Positions 59,647 through 64,000 of a stretch of 64,000 bases of DNA are shown here, in pieces; the stretch's first letter is position 1, and every line of letters starts with the position of its first letter. The DNA comes from an uncultured Candidatus Binatia bacterium (lineage in GTDB: Bacteria; Desulfobacterota; Binatia; Bin18), in assembly GCA_965200965.1 (NCBI GenBank), contig OZ241744.1, positions 832,001 to 896,000 of the forward strand, in the 5' to 3' direction. Position numbers and translations under genes: made by a program. Below the pieces are notes generated by a model, which was given only the letters and a program-made list of their open reading frames with translations, was not told where the DNA came from and ran no database searches.

Positions 59647-62481
59647 ATGCCCAAACAGCGCCACCGTGAGGAGGTCGTCAACACACAGCTTGCGGTGCTG
59701 ATCTCAAAGCTCGGCGTGAGCGCTGACGCCGAGACCATCCACGTTCACGGCAAGCACCGGCCCGATGTGCTGTTCCAGCTTCGCGGTCTCCGGGCAGTCA
59801 TTGAAGGCAAGTTCGCCGATGTGCCGAACGCCGACCAGATCGTCCTGGACGACGCCCGCACACGCGTGCGGGCCGGCATTGCCCATCTGGCCGCGGCAAC
59901 GGTCTATCCCGAATGCCTGCGCACCACCCCCACCGCCCGGCTGCTTGACGCGCTGAGCAGGGCACGGCTGCACTACTGCATCATCACCGAGACACACGAA
60001 GGCGAGGACTGGTTTGAAGGCAGTCCCGCGGCCCTGATGGAGAGCTTGCGCCGCGCTCAGGAAGCGCTGACCCAAGACGACATTGTTGAGCAAACGGCCA
60101 AGGCACTCCACGGCCGGCTGCTCAGCATTGCCCAACTGTGGCTGGGACAGGCCGGTGCCTGTGACCGCCTGTCAGACATTCTGGGCATCGGCACGCCCAA
60201 AGGCGAGACGCCCGACAAGGCCGAGGGCCGGCGCGAGACCGCGGCCAAGGTCTCAGCCCTGGTGCTGGCCAACGCCTTGATTTTTCAGGAACAATTGGCC
60301 TTGAGCGACGGCCGTGTCAGCCCGCTGCGGAAGCTCGATAAGGAAGCCAGCCTCGTTGAGGCCATTGCGAGACACTGGCGCTGGATATGGGAGCATATCA
60401 ACTATGTCCCGATCTTCCAGTTGGGCGAGCGGGTGCTTGACGAGCTGCCGGCCAACCTCAGCACCACCCGCGCCGTAAGCGCTGTGCTCGGCGAGGCCAA
60501 AGCCATCTGCGAGAAACAGGCCGCCCTACGCCACGACCTGATGGGCCGCATCTACCACTGGTTGCTGCACGAAGCCAAATATGTCGGCACCTATTACACC
60601 TCAGTGCCGGCGGCGACCCTGCTGCTCAAGCTGACCCTGGCCGCGGACTGGAAGCGGGACTTTGGCGACCCCGCCGAGTTGGCCGGCTTCAAAGTGGCTG
60701 ACCTGGCCTGTGGCACAGGGACGCTGATGATGGCCGCGGCCCAGGCTTTCGCCGACGAGTATATCCGGACGCGCGCCGGCTCAGACCGGCCCCTCGGCCC
60801 GCCCGAGCTGTCGCGGCTCCACCGGACCCTGATGGAGCACACCCTGCACGGCTATGACGTGCTGCCCTCAGCCGTTCACCTGACCGCCTCCACCCTGGCC
60901 CTGCTCGCCCCGGATATCGCCTTTGCCCGGATGAATCTGTTTGTCATGCCGCTCGGGATGGACCAGGGGCAGGCCCGTCTGGGGAGTTTGGATTTCCTTG
61001 ATACCAGGGAACTGCCAACCCAGATGGCGCTTGACCAGTCGCAGCTCGAGACCGTCCGCGCCGGGGCGGCCAGCACTCAGGCTGCTGCCGCCCGCCTGCC
61101 CAAGCTGGACCTGTGCGTGATGAACCCGCCCTTTGTCCGCAGCGTGGGCGGCAACCTGCTGTTCGGCTCCCTGCCCGATGAGCGCGGCGCGCTGCAAAAA
61201 GACCTCAAGAAGCGGGTGAAGAAGCTCTCGGCAAATAGCACCGCGGGGCTGGGCAGCGTGTTTGTGGCCCTGGCCGATACCCACCTGGAGCCGGGCGGCC
61301 GGCTGGCCTTCGTGCTGCCCGCGGCCCTGGCCTCGGGCCAGGCCTGGGGGGCGACGCGGGCCTTGCTGGCCGACCGCTACCACCTGGAAACCATCGTTTC
61401 GAGCCATGACGCCGAGCGGCCCAACTTCTCGGAAAACACCGACCTGTCTGAACTCCTGTTCATTGCTCGCAAGCTCGGCCGCGGGGAGCAACCGGGCCGC
61501 ACAAGCTGCATCAGCCTGTGGCGCAACCCCCGCTCCATTCACGAGGCCATGCACCTGGCAAACGCCATTGCGCAGGCCGGCCCGCCTGTCAGTGTTGAAG
61601 GCGCTGGCATCACCAGCGTCAAGCTCGGCAATGACAAGCTGGCCGAACTGATGAGCCTGCCGGCCGCGGCGGCGGAGGGCATCTGGCCCGGCGCACTGTT
61701 TGCCCAAGTGGAATTGCTGCGCATCGCCTGGCATTTGGGCCGCGGCAAGGTACTGCTCAGCCAAGCCAAGCCGGTTCCGCTCTGTCGGCTTGGCGATCTC
61801 GGCGCGATTGGCCCAGACCGAAGGCGGATACACGATGGGTTCAAGGTGACAAAATCCGACTGGACCCCCTTCCCCGGTTTCTGGGGGCACGATGCCAAAG
61901 CAGTCACGACTATCGCTCAGACACCGAACTGCAAACTCCTGGAGTGGACGGACTCCCCGCGTGGGCCGCACTACGGCTCTCATCTCTGGCAACGGGCGGG
62001 AAGCATCCTGCTGGTAGAAAGATTATGGCCTATCACCCACTCCGTTTTGGCGGTCGGATTCGAGGAGAAAGTGTTAGGCAATACCTGGTGGGCTTTCGAG
62101 TTGTCTGAATTGAATGAGCAACGAAGAAAAAGTTTACTGCTGTGGCTGAACTCCACGCTGAGCCTTGTTTTGTATTACAGCCGACGGGCGGTAACGCGGA
62201 GCGCTTGGATGCAGATGAAGCAGCCGGCCTGGGAGTCCATGCTTGTGCTTGATGTGCGACGCCTGAGGCCGGCCCAGCTTACCGCGCTGGCCAGCGCCTA
62301 TGACACGGTGGCCTCACAAGCGCTCGCCCCGCTCGCCCAACTCGACGCCGACCCGGTCCGCATCGGCATTGACGAAGCCCTGTGTACCGCCCTTGGCCTG
62401 CCCTCCCTCGTCCCGGTCCGCGCCCTGCTGGCCCGAGAGCCGGGCCTGACCGGCCGGAAAATCCCCCCACCGGGACACTGA
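59647..62481 (+). CDS. Fused restriction endonuclease/N6-adenine methyltransferase (Type IIG-like)
   Basis: N-terminal PD-x11-EGK nuclease motif, GTYYT, DLACGTGTL (motif I), NPPF (motif IV), C-terminal specificity region. Confidence 0.85.
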   Translation: MPKQRHREEVVNTQLAVLISKLGVSADAETIHVHGKHRPDVLFQLRGLRAVIEGKFADVPNADQIVLDDARTRVRAGIAHLAAATVYPECLRTTPTARLLDALSRARLHYCIITETHEGEDWFEGSPAALMESLRRAQEALTQDDIVEQTAKALHGRLLSIAQLWLGQAGACDRLSDILGIGTPKGETPDKAEGRRETAAKVSALVLANALIFQEQLALSDGRVSPLRKLDKEASLVEAIARHWRWIWEHINYVPIFQLGERVLDELPANLSTTRAVSAVLGEAKAICEKQAALRHDLMGRIYHWLLHEAKYVGTYYTSVPAATLLLKLTLAADWKRDFGDPAELAGFKVADLACGTGTLMMAAAQAFADEYIRTRAGSDRPLGPPELSRLHRTLMEHTLHGYDVLPSAVHLTASTLALLAPDIAFARMNLFVMPLGMDQGQARLGSLDFLDTRELPTQMALDQSQLETVRAGAASTQAAAARLPKLDLCVMNPPFVRSVGGNLLFGSLPDERGALQKDLKKRVKKLSANSTAGLGSVFVALADTHLEPGGRLAFVLPAALASGQAWGATRALLADRYHLETIVSSHDAERPNFSENTDLSELLFIARKLGRGEQPGRTSCISLWRNPRSIHEAMHLANAIAQAGPPVSVEGAGITSVKLGNDKLAELMSLPAAAAEGIWPGALFAQVELLRIAWHLGRGKVLLSQAKPVPLCRLGDLGAIGPDRRRIHDGFKVTKSDWTPFPGFWGHDAKAVTTIAQTPNCKLLEWTDSPRGPHYGSHLWQRAGSILLVERLWPITHSVLAVGFEEKVLGNTWWAFELSELNEQRRKSLLLWLNSTLSLVLYYSRRAVTRSAWMQMKQPAWESMLVLDVRRLRPAQLTALASAYDTVASQALAPLAQLDADPVRIGIDEALCTALGLPSLVPVRALLAREPGLTGRKIPPPGH

Positions 62482-62619
62482 AAAATTGAGAGAACTGACA
62501 CATGAACACCTGTGAACTTAGCTGGATCGGGGCTTCGGTGACATACATCCGTAGCCGTTCTCATATTGACTTTTCTTGTCACTCGTGTACAGGTTGTTCT
62601 CCACACGCAGGGGGGCCTT

Positions 62620-62868
62620 ATGATGAAACGGTCGTTTCAGGTTCAAGCTGTTTGGGATGCTGATGCAGCAGTCTTCTATGCAAAAAGCGATATTGAAGGT
62701 CTGCATATTGAGGCTGAGAGTGTGGAGAAGTTCAAGGCCATCCTGCTTGATGTTGCGCCAGACTTGATTCTGGCCAACCATAGGGATGTAAGCGATCTCC
62801 AAAATCGCTCCATTGCCGACCTCATCCCGACCATTCTCTGCGAACCGCCACAGATAACAAAAGTCTGA
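62620..62868 (+). CDS. DUF1902 (HicB-like) protein
   Basis: VQAVWDADAAVFYAKSDIEGLHIEA..L..N pattern. Confidence 0.75.
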   Translation: MMKRSFQVQAVWDADAAVFYAKSDIEGLHIEAESVEKFKAILLDVAPDLILANHRDVSDLQNRSIADLIPTILCEPPQITKV

Positions 62869-62988
62869 GGTGACGGAGACCTTTTATCAACCTGATTCTG
62901 CCCCGTCGTCTCAGAAGTCGCCATACGGCAAACGGTATTCTCAAAGACGCCGGCAGTCAGACGAAGGTGTGAGGGGAAAGCCGGCTGT

Positions 62989-63870
62989 CTACAAGTGCTG
63001 GGCATACCAGGCTGTGATGTGGGGCAGGGCTTGCTCAAAGCCCGGGCCGGTGAGGATGTCGCTGTGGCCGAGGCCGGGCAGAATGACGATCTTTTTGGGC
63101 TCGCCGGCTTTGGCATACATGGCCTGTGACTCTTCCATTGACACCCGTTCGTCGGCATCGCCGTGCAGCCACAAAATTGCTCGGGGCGCAATGTTGGCCA
63201 CTACCGACTCCGGCCTGTAGGCAATCAGCGGCAAGCCCGAAGACAGGCTGATCTCTCGGCTCCACTGCGGGTACTGATCCAGAATCTGAGCAAACAGGGC
63301 GGCCGTGCTCTCCGGCTCGGGCACAATCTCCTTGGCCTGTACATATTCCAGTTCACCACTCAGGACGCGCCGCGCCCGGTCGGCCTTGAGACGCTGGAGC
63401 AGCACCCGCCACTCCCAGAAGTGGCAGGCATCCCGAATCCAGCGTCCGCAGTCACCAATACCGCACACGCTGACCGTGGCTCTGACCCGGTCTTCAACCC
63501 CGGCCGCATAGCTCACGTTAGCCCCGCCCAGACTCACCCCAAACAAACCCAGCCGGTCAGAGTTGACCTCAGGCTGGTTTTGCAGAAACGTCACCGCGTT
63601 GCGGATATCCTCTATCTGTTGCAGGGGAATGATCTGACGCCGGGGCTCGCCACCGCTCGCTCCCAGAAAGCGATAGTCAAAGGTCAACACCACATAGCCG
63701 AGGCCGACCAAGTGCCGGGCAATCTCGGGCAGTATGAGCTCTTTGACCGCGGTAAAGCCGTGGCACATGACAATACCGGGCCGGGTCTCGCCCGGGCTCA
63801 GGTCATCGGGCACAAACATGAGGCCGGCCACAGGGATGTTTTCACTGTAGAACTGTACGGTCTTCTCCAT
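62989..63870 (-). CDS. Alpha/beta hydrolase
   Basis: HGF, FDYR..G.SGG, GVSLGG nucleophile elbow, HGDAD and terminal His. Confidence 0.9.
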   Translation of the reverse strand: MEKTVQFYSENIPVAGLMFVPDDLSPGETRPGIVMCHGFTAVKELILPEIARHLVGLGYVVLTFDYRFLGASGGEPRRQIIPLQQIEDIRNAVTFLQNQPEVNSDRLGLFGVSLGGANVSYAAGVEDRVRATVSVCGIGDCGRWIRDACHFWEWRVLLQRLKADRARRVLSGELEYVQAKEIVPEPESTAALFAQILDQYPQWSREISLSSGLPLIAYRPESVVANIAPRAILWLHGDADERVSMEESQAMYAKAGEPKKIVILPGLGHSDILTGPGFEQALPHITAWYAQHL

Positions 63871-64000
63871 CAGATACCCCCTTCTTCATCCGACTGGCCG
63901 CCCTGGCCGGCCGCTTCGCTCAGGCTCCACTCTTCGTCCTCATTGCGGATACGGGTTGACGGCGGGGCGAGTTGGTAGACCGCTTCGCTGAGGTTCATGA
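63870..64000 (-). CDS. C-terminal end of an upstream gene (runs off the window)
   Basis: Open frame MNLSEAVYQLAPP..DEEGGI*; its TGA overlaps the next ATG. Confidence 0.55.
   Translation of the reverse strand, partial: MNLSEAVYQLAPPSTRIRNEDEEWSLSEAAGQGGQSDEEGGI

Noticed and set aside
1-64000. CRISPR array, rRNA, transposase, integrase or prophage
   Set aside because: No regularly spaced repeats or corresponding protein motifs were seen, and no att duplication was noticed at tRNA-Ser

Overview
GC-rich bacterial chromosomal window (GC judged by eye) of housekeeping and catabolic genes. It carries rnhB, a lipoyl module (E2-lpdA-lipB-lipA), queE, four acyl-CoA dehydrogenases, a FadF-like Fe-S protein, DAHP synthase, a copper P1B-ATPase, gatCAB, yraN-serS, a Rieske/split cytochrome b/octaheme cytochrome c operon, a MoxR-VWA pair, a pterin (BH4-like) cluster, tRNA-Ser(TGA), ilvD and a fused Type IIG-like restriction-modification gene. 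A dif-like 28-mer at 42787-42814, with KOPS-like octamers mostly pointing toward it, suggests this is the replication terminus. Unexplained structure clusters there: four copies of the palindrome TGACTATAGTCA (extending to perfect 36-, 26- and 18-bp palindromes), three copies of the 15-mer TGAACGATGATGACC, and an extreme A-rich tract with two DnaA-box-like sites ahead of an uncharacterised winged-helix-like gene. Other oddities are two unannotated small membrane ORFs inside the cytochrome bc operon, an in-frame hairpin insertion in gatC, a frameshifted family-A polymerase and many pseudogenes. An FG-GAP protein plus this gene decay hints at a host-associated deltaproteobacterial/Binatia-like organism (inference only). 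All annotation is by motif recognition; no searches were run.
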